Shown one piece after another: positions 35,601 through 49,100 of a stretch of 64,000 nt of DNA. Source of the DNA: Eledone cirrhosa (taxonomy: Eukaryota); assembly GCA_964016885.1 (NCBI GenBank), contig OZ024748.1:30876001-30940000 (forward strand), read 5' to 3'. Every line of letters starts with the position of its first letter. Within the stretch, counting starts at the first letter, position 1. A program made the position numbers and the translations under genes. Under the pieces are notes generated by a model. The model was not told the origin of the DNA. It saw only the letters and a list, made by a program, of their open reading frames with translations, and searched no databases.

Positions 35601-38600
35601 ACTTACACCCAAACACAAAGCTTTCGATTTAGACTTAAACCCTACCCCAAGCCTTAGACTTAATCATAAACAACAAACCCAAGCCTTATAAATAGACTTA
35701 AACCCGTACACCAAACCTTAACCCTAAGCCTTAGACTTAGACTTAAACCCAAATCGTAAGCTTTAGTTTTAGACGTAATCCCCAACTACAAGCCTTCAAT
35801 TAAACCATAAACACAAGCCTTAGACTTAAACCCAAATGCCAAGCCTTAGACTTAGATTTAAACCACAATCCCTAGCCTTAGACGTAAACTTAAACCCCAA
35901 CCCCTAAACTTAGACTTAGACATAGACCCTAACCCCATGCCTTAGACTTAAACCCTAAGCCTTAGAATTACACTTAAACCCCAACTATAAGCCTTAGACT
36001 TAGACTTAAACCCCAACCCCAAGCCTCAGACTTAGACTTAAACTCCAACCCTTAGATTTAGACTAAACCCCAACCCTAGCCTTAGACGTAAACTTAAACT
36101 TAGACTTAGATGTAAACCCCAACCTCAAGCCTTAGGCGTAGATTTAAACCCCAACCCAAAGCTTACACGTAAACCTTAACCCCAAGCCTTAGACTTAAAC
36201 TCTAGCCTTAGTCTTAGACTTAAACCCCAACCCCAAGTCTTAGACTTAGACTTGAACCCCAACCCCAATCCTTAGACTTAGACTTAAACCCCAACACCAA
36301 GCCTTAGACATAAAGCCTAACCCCAAGCCTTAGACTTAAACCCCAACCCCAAGCTTTAGATTTAGGCTTAAACCCCAACTCCAAGACTTAGAATTAAACC
36401 ATAACCACAAGGCTTAGACTTAAACACCAACTCCTAGCCTTAGACTTAAACTTAAACCCCAAACCCTAGCCTTTGACTTAAACCCCAACTCCAAGCCATT
36501 GACATAGATTTAAACCCCAACCCCAAGACTTAGACTTAGACTTGAACCCCAACCCCAAGCCTTAGACTTAGACTTAAAGCCCAACTCCACGCCTTAGACT
36601 TAAACCCTAAACGCAACCCTTAAACGTAGAATTAAACCCCAACCAAAATGCTTAGACTTAGACATAAACCCCAACCACAAGCCTTAGACTTAGACTTAAA
36701 CCCCAACCCCTAGCCTTAGACGTATACTTAAACCCCAACTCCAAGACTTAGATATAGACTTAAACCCCAACCCCAAGTTTGGACTTCGACATAAAACCCA
36801 ACCACAAAGCTTAGACTTAGACTTAAACACCAACATTAAGCCTTAGACTTAGATTTAAACCACAAGCCATAGACATAGATTTAAACCCCAACCTCAAGCC
36901 TTAGACGTAGACTTAAACCCCAACCCCAAGGCTTAGACTTAGACTTGAACCCCAACCCCAAGCCTTAGACTTAGACTTAAACCCCTACCTCTAGCGTTAG
37001 ACTTAGAGTTAAACCCCAAATCCAAGCCTCAAAATTAAACTATAACCACAAGCCTTAGACATAAACCCCACCCCAAGCCTTAGACTATGACTTAAACACC
37101 AACTCCTAGCCTTAGACTTAAACTTAAACCCTAACCCCAAGCCTTAGACTTAAACTTAAATCCCAACGCCAAGCCTTAGACTTAGACTTGAACCCCAACC
37201 TCAAAGGTTAGACGTAGACACTAACCCTAAACCAGAGCCTTAGACTTAGACTTACACACAAGCCTTAGAATTAAACCCTAACAACAAGCCTTAGACTTAA
37301 AACCTAACCCCAAGCCTTAGCCCAACCCGTAAACTTAAACCCCAACCCAAAGCCTTAGATTTAGACTTAAACCCCAACCACAAGCATTAGACTTAGACTT
37401 AAACCATAACCCCAAGCATTAGACTTAGACTTACCCCAACCATAAGCCTTAGATTTAGACTTAAAGCCCAAGCCATAGACATAGATTTAAAACCCAACCT
37501 CAAGCCTTAGACGTAGACATGAATCTCAACCCAGCCCTTAGACTTACACTTAAAACCCAACCACTAGCATTAGACTTAGATTTAAACCCCAAGCCATAGA
37601 CATAGAATTAAACGCCAACTTCAAGACTTAGACGTAGACTTAAACCCCAGCTCCAAGCCTTAGACTTAGTCTTAAACCCCAACCCCAAGACTTAGACTTA
37701 GTCTTAAACCCCAACCCCACGCCTTAGACTTAGAGTTAAATAATAACCCAAAGCCTTAGAAATAGATTTAATCCCAAATCCCAAGCCTTAGAGATAGACT
37801 TAAACCCCAACCCCAAGCTTTAGACATCGACATAAACCCCAACCACAAGCATTAGACTTAGACTTAACCCCAACCCCAAGCCTTAGACTTAGACTTAAAC
37901 CCCAACATTAAGCCTTAGACTTAGACTTAAACCCCAAGCCATAGACATAGATTTAAACCCCAACCCCAAGTCTTAGACTTAGACTTAAACCCCAACCTCA
38001 AGCCTTAGAATTAAACCCTAACAACAAGCCTTAGACTTAAAACCTAACCCCAAACCTTAGCCCTACACGTAAATTTAAACCCCAAACCAAACCCTTAGAT
38101 TTAGACTTAAACCCCAACCACAAGCATTAGACTTAGACTTAAACCCTAAACCCAAGCATTAGACTTAGACTTACCCCAACCATAAGCTTTAGACTTAGAT
38201 TTAAACCCCAACCACAAGCCTTAGACGTAGACTTAAAGGCCAACCTCAAGCTTTAGACTTAGATTTAAAACCCAACCACTAGCATTAGACTTAGACTTAA
38301 ACTCCAAGCCATAGACATGGATTTAAACGCCAACCTCAAGACTTAGACTTAGACTTAAACCCCAGCTCCAAGCCTTAGACTTAGACTTAAACCCCAACCC
38401 CAAGACTTAAACTTAAACTTAAACCTCAACCCAAAGCCTTAGACATAGATTTAAACGCCAAACCCAAGCTTTAGACTAAAACTTGAGCCCCAACGCCAAG
38501 CCTTAGACACCACAACAACAAGCCTTAGAATTAAACCCTAACAACAAGCCTTAGACTTAAAACCTAACCCCAAGCCTTAGCACAACCCGTAAAACTTAAA

Positions 38601-39949
38601 CCCCAACCCAAAGCCTTAGATTTAGACTTAAACCCCAACCACAAGCATTAGACTTAGACTTAAACCCTAACCCCAAGCATTAGACTTAGACTTACCCCAA
38701 CCATAAGCCTTAGACTTAGTATTAAACACCAAGCCATAGACATAGATTTAAAACCCAACCTCAAGCCTTAGACGTAGACTTAAAACTCAACCTCAAGCCT
38801 TATACTTAGACTTGAACCTCAACCCAAGCCTTAGACTTAGACTTAAAACCCAACCACTAGAATTAGACTTAGACTTAAACCCCAAGCCATAGACATAGAT
38901 TTAAACCCTAACCCCAAGTCTTAGACTTAGACTTGAACCCCAACCCCAAGTCTTAGACTTAGACTTAAAACCCAACCACTATCCTTAGACGTAAACTTAA
39001 ATCCCAACCCCAAGCCTTTGACTTAGACTTAAACCCAAGCCTTAGACTGAGACTTAAACCCCAACACCAAGCCTTAGACTTAAACAACAACCCCAAGCTT
39101 TAGACATAGGATTAAACGCCAACTCCAAGCCTTAGAATTAAACCATAACCACAAGGCTTAGACATAAACCCCAACGCCAAGCCTTAGACTTAGAATTAAA
39201 CACCAAGTCCCAGCCTTAGACTTAACCTTAAACCCCAACACCAAGCCATATACATTGACTTCAACTTCAACCCAAAGACTTAGAGTTAGACTTAAACCCG
39301 AACCCCAAGCCTTAAACTTAGACTTAAAGCCCAACCTAAAGCCTTAGACTTAGACTTAAACCCAACCAGAAGCCTTAGACATAGATTTAAACCTCAACAC
39401 AAAGCCTTAGACTTAGACTTAAACCACAACTCCAGGCCTTAGACTTAAATCCTAACCCCAACCCTTAAACTTAGACTTAAACCCCAACTCCAAGGCTTAG
39501 ACTTAGACTTAAATACACACCCCAAGCCTTAGACGTAGGCACTAACGCCAAAGCAAAGCCTTAGACTTAGAATTAAACCCCAACCCAAAGCCTTATGCAT
39601 AGACTTAAACCACAACAGTAAGCCTTACAATTAAACCCTAACAACATGTCTTAGTCTTAAAACCTAACCCCAACCCCAAGACTTATCCCAACGTGTAAAC
39701 TTAAAGCCCAACCCCAAGTCTTAGATTTAGACTTAAACTCCAAACCCAAGCCTTAGACATAGACATAAACCCCAACCCCAAGCTTTAGACATCGACATAA
39801 TCCTCAACCCCAAGCCTTAGGCTTAGACTTGAACCCCAACTCCAAGTCTTAGAATTAGGCTTAAACCCCAACCACTAGCATTAGCCTTAGACTTAAACTT
39901 AAACCCCAACCCAAAGTCTTTGTCTTAGAATTAAACACAAGCCTTAGAC

Positions 39950-40320
39950 TTAGACTTAAACCCCAACCCCAAGCATTAGACTTAGGCTTAAACCCCGAAC
40001 CCCCAAGATTAAGACTTAAACCCCAACCCAAAGTCTTAGATTTAGACGTGAACCCTGTCCCCAAGTTTTAGACTTAGACTTAAACCCCAACCACTAGCAT
40101 CAGACTTAGACTTAAACCCAAACTCCAAGCCTTAGACTTAAAACCCAACCCCAAGCATTAGACTTAGGCTTAAACCCCGAACCCCCAAGATTAAGACTTA
40201 AACCCCAACCCAAAGTCTTAGATTTAGACGTGAACCCTGTCCCCAAGTTTGAGACTTAGACTTAAACCCCAACCACTAGCATCAGACTTAGACTTAAACC
40301 CAAACTCCAAGCCTTAGAAT
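39950..40320. repeat. 182-bp tandem duplication
   Basis: aagcattagacttaggcttaaaccccgaacc at 39971 and 40153; gtgaaccctgtccccaag occurs twice. Confidence 0.85.
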
Positions 40321-43194
40321 TAAACCATAACCACAAGCCTTAGACATAAACGCCAACCCAAAGTCTTAGACTTGGAATTAAACCCCAAACCCAAGCCTTA
40401 GAATTAGACTTAAACCCATTCCCCAAACCCCAACCCCAAGCCTTAGATTTAGACTTAAACTCCAAACCTTAAGCCTTAGACTTAGACTTAAACCCCAACC
40501 CCAAGCCTCAGACTTAGACTTAAACCTCAACCCTTAGACTTAGACTAAACCCCAACCCCTAGCCTTAGACGTAAACTTAAAATTAGACTTAGACTTAAAC
40601 CCCAACTCCTAGCCTTAGACTTAGACTTAAACCCCAACCCCAAGCCTCAGACTTAGACTTAAACCCCAACCCTTAGACTTAGACTTAAACACTAACCCCA
40701 AGCCTTAGACTTAAAGCATAATCGCAATCCCAATCTTTAGACATAGACTTAAACCTTAACACCAAGCCTTAGACGTAGACTTAAACCTCTACCCAAAGAC
40801 TTAGACTTAGACTTAAACCCCAACCCCAAGCCTTATACATTGACTTCAACTTCAACCCAAAGACTTAGAGTTAGACTTAAACCCGAACCCCAAGCCTTAA
40901 ACTTACACTTAAAGCCCAACCTAAAGCCTTAGACTTAGACTTAAACCCCAACCCCAAGTCTTATGCATAGAATTAAACCACAACACCAAGCCTTAGAATT
41001 AAACCCTAACAACAAGACTTAGTCTTAAAACCGAACCCCAACCCCAAGCCTTAGCCCAAACCGTAAATTTACACCCCAACCCCAAGCCTTAGATTTAGAC
41101 TTAAACTCCAACCCCAAGACTTAGACATAGACTTAAACCCCAACCCCAAGCTTTAGACATCGACATAAACCCCAACCACAAATATTAGACTTAGATTTAA
41201 ACCCCAACAACAAGGCTTAGACATAAACCCTAACCCCAAGCCTTAGACTTAAACCCCAACACCAAGCTTTAGACTTAGGCTTAAACCCCAACCCCCAAGC
41301 CTTAGACTTAAACCCCAACCACAACACTTAGACTTAGACTTAAACCCCAGCTCCAAGCCTTAGACTTGGATTTAAACCCAAACCCCAAGACTTAGACTTA
41401 GATTTAAACCCCAACACTAAGTCTTAGATTTAGACTTAAACCCAACCACAGGCCTTAGACATAGACTTAAACCTCAACCCAAAGCCTTAGACTTAGACTT
41501 AAACCACAACTCCAGGCTTTAGACTTAAACCCTAACCCCAACCCTTAAACTTAGACTTAAACCCCAACTCCAAGGCTTAGACTTAGACTTAAATGCCAAC
41601 CCCAAGCCTCAGACTTAGACTTAAACCCCAACCCTTAGACTTAGACTAAACCCCAACCCCTAGCCTTAGACGTAAACTTAAAATTAGACTTAGACTTAAA
41701 TCCCAAACTCAAGCCTTAGACTTAGACTTCAACCCCAACTACAAGCTTTAGACTTAGACTTAAACCCCAACCCCAAGCCTCAGACTTAGACTTAAACACC
41801 AACCCTTAGACTTAGACTTAAACCCCAACCCAAAGCCTTAGACTTAAATTTTAAACCCCAATCCCAATCCTGAGACTTAGACTTAAACCCTCACCCACAG
41901 CCTTAGACTTAAAGCCTAACCGCAACCACAATCTTTAGACTTAGAATTAAACTCCAACCCAAAGACTTAGACCCTAACCCCAAGCACAAGAATTAGACAA
42001 AGACATAAACCTTAACCCCAAGCCTTAGACTTAGACGTCAACACAAACCACACGCCTTAGACATAGACTTAAACACCAACCCCAAGCCTTAGTCTTAGAC
42101 ATAAAATCGAACCATTAGAATTACACTTAGATTTAAACCCCAACCTTAGACATACACTTAAATCCCAACCCCAACACTTGGACTTAAACCCCAACCCCAA
42201 GCCTTAGACATAGACTTAAACCTCAACCCAAATCCTTAGACTTAGTCTTAAACCAAAACCCCATGCTTTAGATTTAGACTTACACCCCAACCACTCAACT
42301 TAGACCAACTCCAAGACTTAGACTTAGATTTAAACCCCAACCTCAAGCCTTAGACGTAGACACTAACCCCAAACCAAAGCCTTAGACTTAGAATGAAACC
42401 CCAACCCCAAGCCTTATACATAGACTTAAACCACAAGCCCAAGCCTTAGAATTAAACCCTAATAACAAGCTTTAGACTTACAACATAACCCCAAACCCAA
42501 GTCTTAGCCCAACACGTAAACTTAAACACCAACACAAAGCCTTAGACTTAGACTTAAACCATAGCCACAAGCCTTAGACTTACACTTAAACACGAATCCC
42601 AAGCCTTAGACATAGACTTAAACCTCAACCCCATGTTTAGACTTCGACATAAAACCCAACCACAAGCCCTAGACTTAGACTTAACCCCAAACCCAAAGCC
42701 TTAGACTTAGACATAAACCCCAAGCCCTAGACATAGATTTAAACCCCAACCTCAACACTTAGACTTAAAATTAAACCCCAACCCCAAGCCTTAGACTTAG
42801 ACTTAAACCCCAACCACTAGCATCAGACTTAGACTTAAACCCCAACTCCAAGACTTAGAATTAAACCCCAAACCCAAGCCTTAGAATTAGACTTAAACCC
42901 GTTCCCCAAACCCCAACCCCAAGCCTTAGATTTAGACTTAAACTCAAAACTTAAGCCTTAGACTTAGACTTAAACCCTAACAACAAGACTTAGTCTTAAA
43001 ACCGAACCCCAACCCCAATTCTTAGCCCAAACCGTAAATTTACACCCCAACCCCAAGCCTTAGATTTAGACTTAAACTCCAACCCCAAGCCTTAGACATA
43101 GACTTAAACCACAACCCCAAGCTTTAGACATCGACATAAACCCCAACCCCAAGTCTTAGACATAGACTTGAACCCCAACCCCAAGTCTTAGAAT

Positions 43195-46100
43195 TAGACT
43201 TAAACCCCAACTCCAAGCCTTAGACTTAAACCCGAAACCCAAGCCTAAGACTTAGACTTAAACCCCAACCCAAAGTCTTAGATTTAGACTTAACCCCATA
43301 CCCAAAGCCTTAGACATAGACATAAACCCCAAGCCCTAGACATAGATTTAAACCCCAACCCCAAGCCTTAGACTTAGACGTGAACCCCATCCCCAAGTTT
43401 TAGACTTAGACTTAAACCCCAGCCACTAGCATTAGACTTAGACTTAAACCCCAACTCCAAGTCTTAGAATTAAACCATAACCACAAGCCTTAGACATAAA
43501 CGCAAACCCCAAGTCTTAGACTTAGAATTAAACCCCAAACCCAAGCCTTAGAATTTGACTTAAACCCGTTCCCTAAACCCCAAACCCAAGACTTAGATTT
43601 AGACTTAAACTCAAAACTTAAGCCTCAGACTTAGACTTAAACCCTAAGACATAGGCATAGATTTAAACCCCAACCTCAAGCCTTAGACTAAGACTTAAAT
43701 CCCAACCCCAAGCTTTAGACTTAGACGTAATCCCCAACTACAAGCCTTAGAATTAAATCATAAACACAAGCCTTAGACTTAAACCCCAACCCAAAGCCTT
43801 AGACTTAGACTTAAACCCCAACCCCAAGCCTCAGACTTAGACTTAAAGCCCAAACCTTAGACTCAGACTAAACCTCAACCCCTAGCCTTAGACGTAAACT
43901 TAAACCCCAACTCCTACACTTAGACTTAAACCCTAACCACAAGCCTTAGACTTAGACTTTAACCCCAACCCAAACCCTTAGACTTAGACTTAAACCCCAA
44001 CCCCAAGCCTCAGACTTAGACTTAAACCCCAACCCTTAGACTTAGAGTAAACCCCAACCCCTAGCCTTAGAAGTAAACTTAAAATTAGACTTAGACTTAA
44101 ACCCCAAATCCTAGCCTTAGACTTAGACTTAAACCCCAACCCCAAGCCTCAGACTTAGACTTAAACCCCAACCTTTAGACTTAGACTTAAACCCCAACCA
44201 CAAGCCTTAGACTTAGAATTTAAACCCCAATCCCAATCCTGAGACTTAGACTTAAACCCTAACCCCAAACCTTAGACTTAGACTTAAAACCCAACCCCAA
44301 GCCTCAGACTTAGACTTAAACCCCAACCCTTAGACTTGGACTAAACCCCAACCCCTAGCCTTAGACGTAAACTTAAAATTAGACTTAGACTTAAATCCCA
44401 AACTCAAGCCTTAGAGTTAGACTTGAACCCCAACTACAAGCTTTAGACTTAGACCTAAACCCCAACCCCAAATGTCAGACTTAGATTTGAACACCAACTC
44501 CTAGCCTTAGACTTAGACTTAAACCCCAACCCCAAGCCTCAGACTTGGACTTAAACCCCAAACTTTAGACTTAGAATTAAACCCCAACCACAAGCCTTAG
44601 ACTTAGAATTTAAACCCCAATCCCAATCCTGAGACTTAGACTTAAACCCTAACCCCAAGCCTTAGACTTAAAGCCTAACCGCAACCCCAATCTTTAGACA
44701 TAGACTTAAACCTTAACCCCAAGCCTTAGACTTAGACTTAAAGCCCAACCCCAAGCCTCAGACTTAGACTGAAACCCCAACCCTGAGACTTAGACTAAAC
44801 CCCAACCCCTAGCCTTAGACGTAAACTTAAAATTAGACTTAGACTTAAATCCCAAACTCAAGCCTTAGACTTAAAACCGAACCCCAAGTCTAAGACTTAG
44901 ACTTAAACCCCAACCCAAAGTCTTAGATTTAGACTTAACCCCAAACCCAAAGCATTAGACTTAGACATAAACCCCAAGCCCTAGACAGATTTAAACCCCA
45001 ACCCCAAGCCTTAGACTTAGACTTGAACCCCATCCCCAAGTTTTAGACTTAGACTTAAACCCCAACCACTAGCATTAGACTTAGACTTAAACCCCAAATC
45101 CAGGCCTTAGAATTAAACCATAACCACAAGCCTTAGACATAAACGCCAACCCCAAGTCTTAGACTTAGAATTAAACCCCAAACCCAAGCCTTATAATTAG
45201 ACTTAAACCCGTTCCCTAAACCCCAAACCCAAGACTTAGATTTAGACTTAAACTCAAAACTTAAGCCTCAGACTTAGACTTAAACCCTAAGACATAGGCA
45301 TAGATTTAAACCCCAACCTCAAGCCTTAGACTAAGACTTAAATCCCAACCCCAAGCTTTAGACTTAGACGTAATCCCCAACTACAAGCCTTAGAATTAAA
45401 TCATAAACACAAGCCTTAGACTTAAACCCCAACCCAAAGCCTTAGACTTAGACTTAAACCATAATCCCAAGCGTTAGACTTAGTCTTAAACCCCAACCAC
45501 AAGACTTAGACCTAGACATAAACGCCAACCCAAAGGTTTAGACTTAGAGTTAATCACCAACCCCCAGCCTTGGAATTAGACATAAAACCGTACCCCAAAT
45601 CGCAAACCCAAGCCTTAGACTTAGATTTAGACCCAAATCTGAAGCCTCAGACTTAGACTTATACCCCAAGACATAGACATAGATTTAAACCCCAACCTCA
45701 AGCCTTAGACTAAGACTTAAACCCCAACCCCAAGCATTAGAAGTAGACAATAAACACAAGCCTTAGACTTAGACTTAAAACCACAACCCCTATCCTTAGA
45801 CGTAAACTTAAACCCCAACCCCTAAACTTAGACTTAGAATTAAACCATAACCCCAAGCCTAATACTTAAACCCTAACCCCAAGCCTTAGACTTAAAGCCT
45901 AACCGCAACCCCAATCTTTAGACATAGACTTAAACCTTAACCTCAAGCCTTAGACTTAGACTTAAAACCCAACCCCAAGCCTCAGACTTAGACTTAAACC
46001 CCAACCCTTAGACTAAGACTAAACCCCAACCCCTAGCCTTAGACGTAAACTTAAAATTAGACTTAGACTTAAATCCCAAACTCAAGCCTTAGATTAGACT

Positions 46101-49100
46101 TGAACCCCAACTACAAGCTTTAGACTTAGACCTAAACCCCAACCCCAAATGTTAGCTTTATTTTTGAACACCAACTCCTAGCCTTAGACTTAGACTTAAA
46201 CCCCAACCCCAAGCCTCAGACTTAGACTTAAACCCCAACCCTTAGACTTAGACTTAAACCCCAACCACAAACCTTAGACTTAGAATTTAAACCCCAATCC
46301 CAATCCTGAGACTTAGACTTAAACCCTCACCCACAGCCTTAGACTTAAAGCCTAACCGCAACCCTAATCTTTAGACTTAGAATTAAACTCCAACCCAAAG
46401 ACTTAGACCCTAACCCCAAGCCCAAGCATTAGACAAAGACATAAACCTTAACCCCAAGCCTTAGACTTAAACGTAAACACAAACCACAGGCCTTAGACAT
46501 AGACTTAAACCCCAACTCCAAGCCTTAGACTTAAACCCGAAACCCAAGCCTAAGACTTAGACTTAAACCCCAACCCAAAGTCTTAGATTTAGACTTAACC
46601 CCATACCCAAAGCCTTAGACATAGACATAAACCCCAAGCCCTAGACATAGATTTAAACCCCAACCCCAAGCCTTAGACTTAGACGTGAACCCCATCCCCA
46701 AGTTTTAGACTTAGACTTAAACCCCAGCCACTAGCATTAGACTTAGACTTAAACCCCAACTCCAAGTCTTAGAATTAAACCATAACCACAAGCCTTAGAC
46801 ATAAACGCAAACCCCAAGTCTTAGACTTAGAATTAAACCCCAAACCCAAGCCTTAGAATTTGACTTAAACCCGTTCCCTAAACCCCAAACCCAAGACTTA
46901 GATTTAGACTTAAACTCAAAACTTAAGCCTCAGACTTAGACTTAAACCCTAAGACATAGGCATAGATTTAAACCCCAACCTCAAGCCTTAGACTAAGACT
47001 TAAATCCCAACCCCAAGCTTTAGACTTAGACGTAATCCCCAACTACAAGCCTTAGAATTAAATCATAAACACAAGCCTTAGACTTAAACCCCAACCCAAA
47101 GCCTTAGACTTAGACTTAAACCCCAACCCCAAGCCTCAGACTTAGACTTAAAGCCCAAACCTTAGACTCAGACTAAACCTCAACCCCTAGCCTTAGACGT
47201 AAACTTAAACCCCAACTCCTACACTTAGACTTAAACCCTAACCACAAGCCTTAGACTTAGACTTTAACCCCAACCCAAACCCTTAGACTTAGACTTAAAC
47301 CCCAACCCCAAGCCTCAGACTTAGACTTAAACCCCAACCCTTAGACTTAGAGTAAACCCCAACCCCTAGCCTTAGAAGTAAACTTAAAATTAGACTTAGA
47401 CTTAAACCCCAAATCCTAGCCTTAGACTTAGACTTAAACCCCAACCCCAAGCCTCAGACTTAGACTTAAACCCCAACCTTTAGACTTAGACTTAAACCCC
47501 AACCACAAGCCTTAGACTTAGAATTTAAACCCCAATCCCAATCCTGAGACTTAGACTTAAACCCTAACCCCAAACCTTAGACTTAGACTTAAAACCCAAC
47601 CCCAAGCCTCAGACTTAGACTTAAACCCCAACCCTTAGACTTGGACTAAACCCCAACCCCTAGCCTTAGACGTAAACTTAAAATTAGACTTAGACTTAAA
47701 TCCCAAACTCAAGCCTTAGAGTTAGACTTGAACCCCAACTACAAGCTTTAGACTTAGACCTAAACCCCAACCCCAAATGTCAGACTTAGATTTGAACACC
47801 AACTCCTAGCCTTAGACTTAGACTTAAACCCCAACCCCAAGCCTCAGACTTGGACTTAAACCCCAAACTTTAGACTTAGAATTAAACCCCAACCACAAGC
47901 CTTAGATTTAGAATTTAAACCCCAATCCCAATCCTGAGACTTAGACTTAAACCCTAACCCCAAGCCTTAGACTTAAAGCCTAACCGCAACCCCAATCTTT
48001 AGACATAGACTTAAACCTTAACCCCAAGCCTTAGACTTAGACTTAAAGCCCAACCCCAAGCCTCAGACTTAGACTGAAACCCCAACCCTGAGACTTAGAC
48101 TAAACCCCAACCCCTAGCCTTAGACGTAAACTTAAAATTAGACTTAGACTTAAATCCCAAACTCAAGCCTTAGACTTAAAACCGAACCCCAAGTCTAAGA
48201 CTTAGACTTAAACCCCAACCCAAAGTCTTAGATTTAGACTTAACCCCAAACCCAAAGCATTAGACTTAGACATAAACCCCAAGCCCTAGACAGATTTAAA
48301 CCCCAACCCCAAGCCTTAGACTTAGACTTGAACCCCATCCCCAAGTTTTAGACTTAGACTTAAACCCCAACCACTAGCATTAGACTTAGACTTAAACCCC
48401 AAATCCAGGCCTTAGAATTAAACCATAACCACAAGCCTTAGACATAAACGCCAACCCCAAGTCTTAGACTTAGAATTAAACCCCAAACCCAAGCCTTATA
48501 ATTAGACTTAAACCCGTTCCCTAAACCCCAAACCCAAGACTTAGATTTAGACTTAAACTCAAAACTTAAGCCTCAGACTTAGACTTAAACCCTAAGACAT
48601 AGGCATAGATTTAAACCCCAACCTCAAGCCTTAGACTAAGACTTAAATCCCAACCCCAAGCTTTAGACTTAGACGTAATCCCCAACTACAAGCCTTAGAA
48701 TTAAATCATAAACACAAGCCTTAGACTTAAACCCCAACCCAAAGCCTTAGACTTAGACTTAAACCATAATCCCAAGCGTTAGACTTAGTCTTAAACCCCA
48801 ACCACAAGACTTAGACCTAGACATAAACGCCAACCCAAAGGTTTAGACTTAGAGTTAATCACCAACCCCCAGCCTTGGAATTAGACATAAAACCGTACCC
48901 CAAATCGCAAACCCAAGCCTTAGACTTAGATTTAGACCCAAATCTGAAGCCTCAGACTTAGACTTATACCCCAAGACATAGACATAGATTTAAACCCCAA
49001 CCTCAAGCCTTAGACTAAGACTTAAACCCCAACCCCAAGCATTAGAAGTAGACAATAAACACAAGCCTTAGACTTAGACTTAAAACCACAACCCCTATCC

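Noticed and set aside
11677-40064. ORFs 11677-11898, 14278-14511, 27771-27998 and 39861-40064 (-)
   Set aside because: Chance stop-free frames in the satellite; their mutual similarity reflects the repeated DNA cassette.
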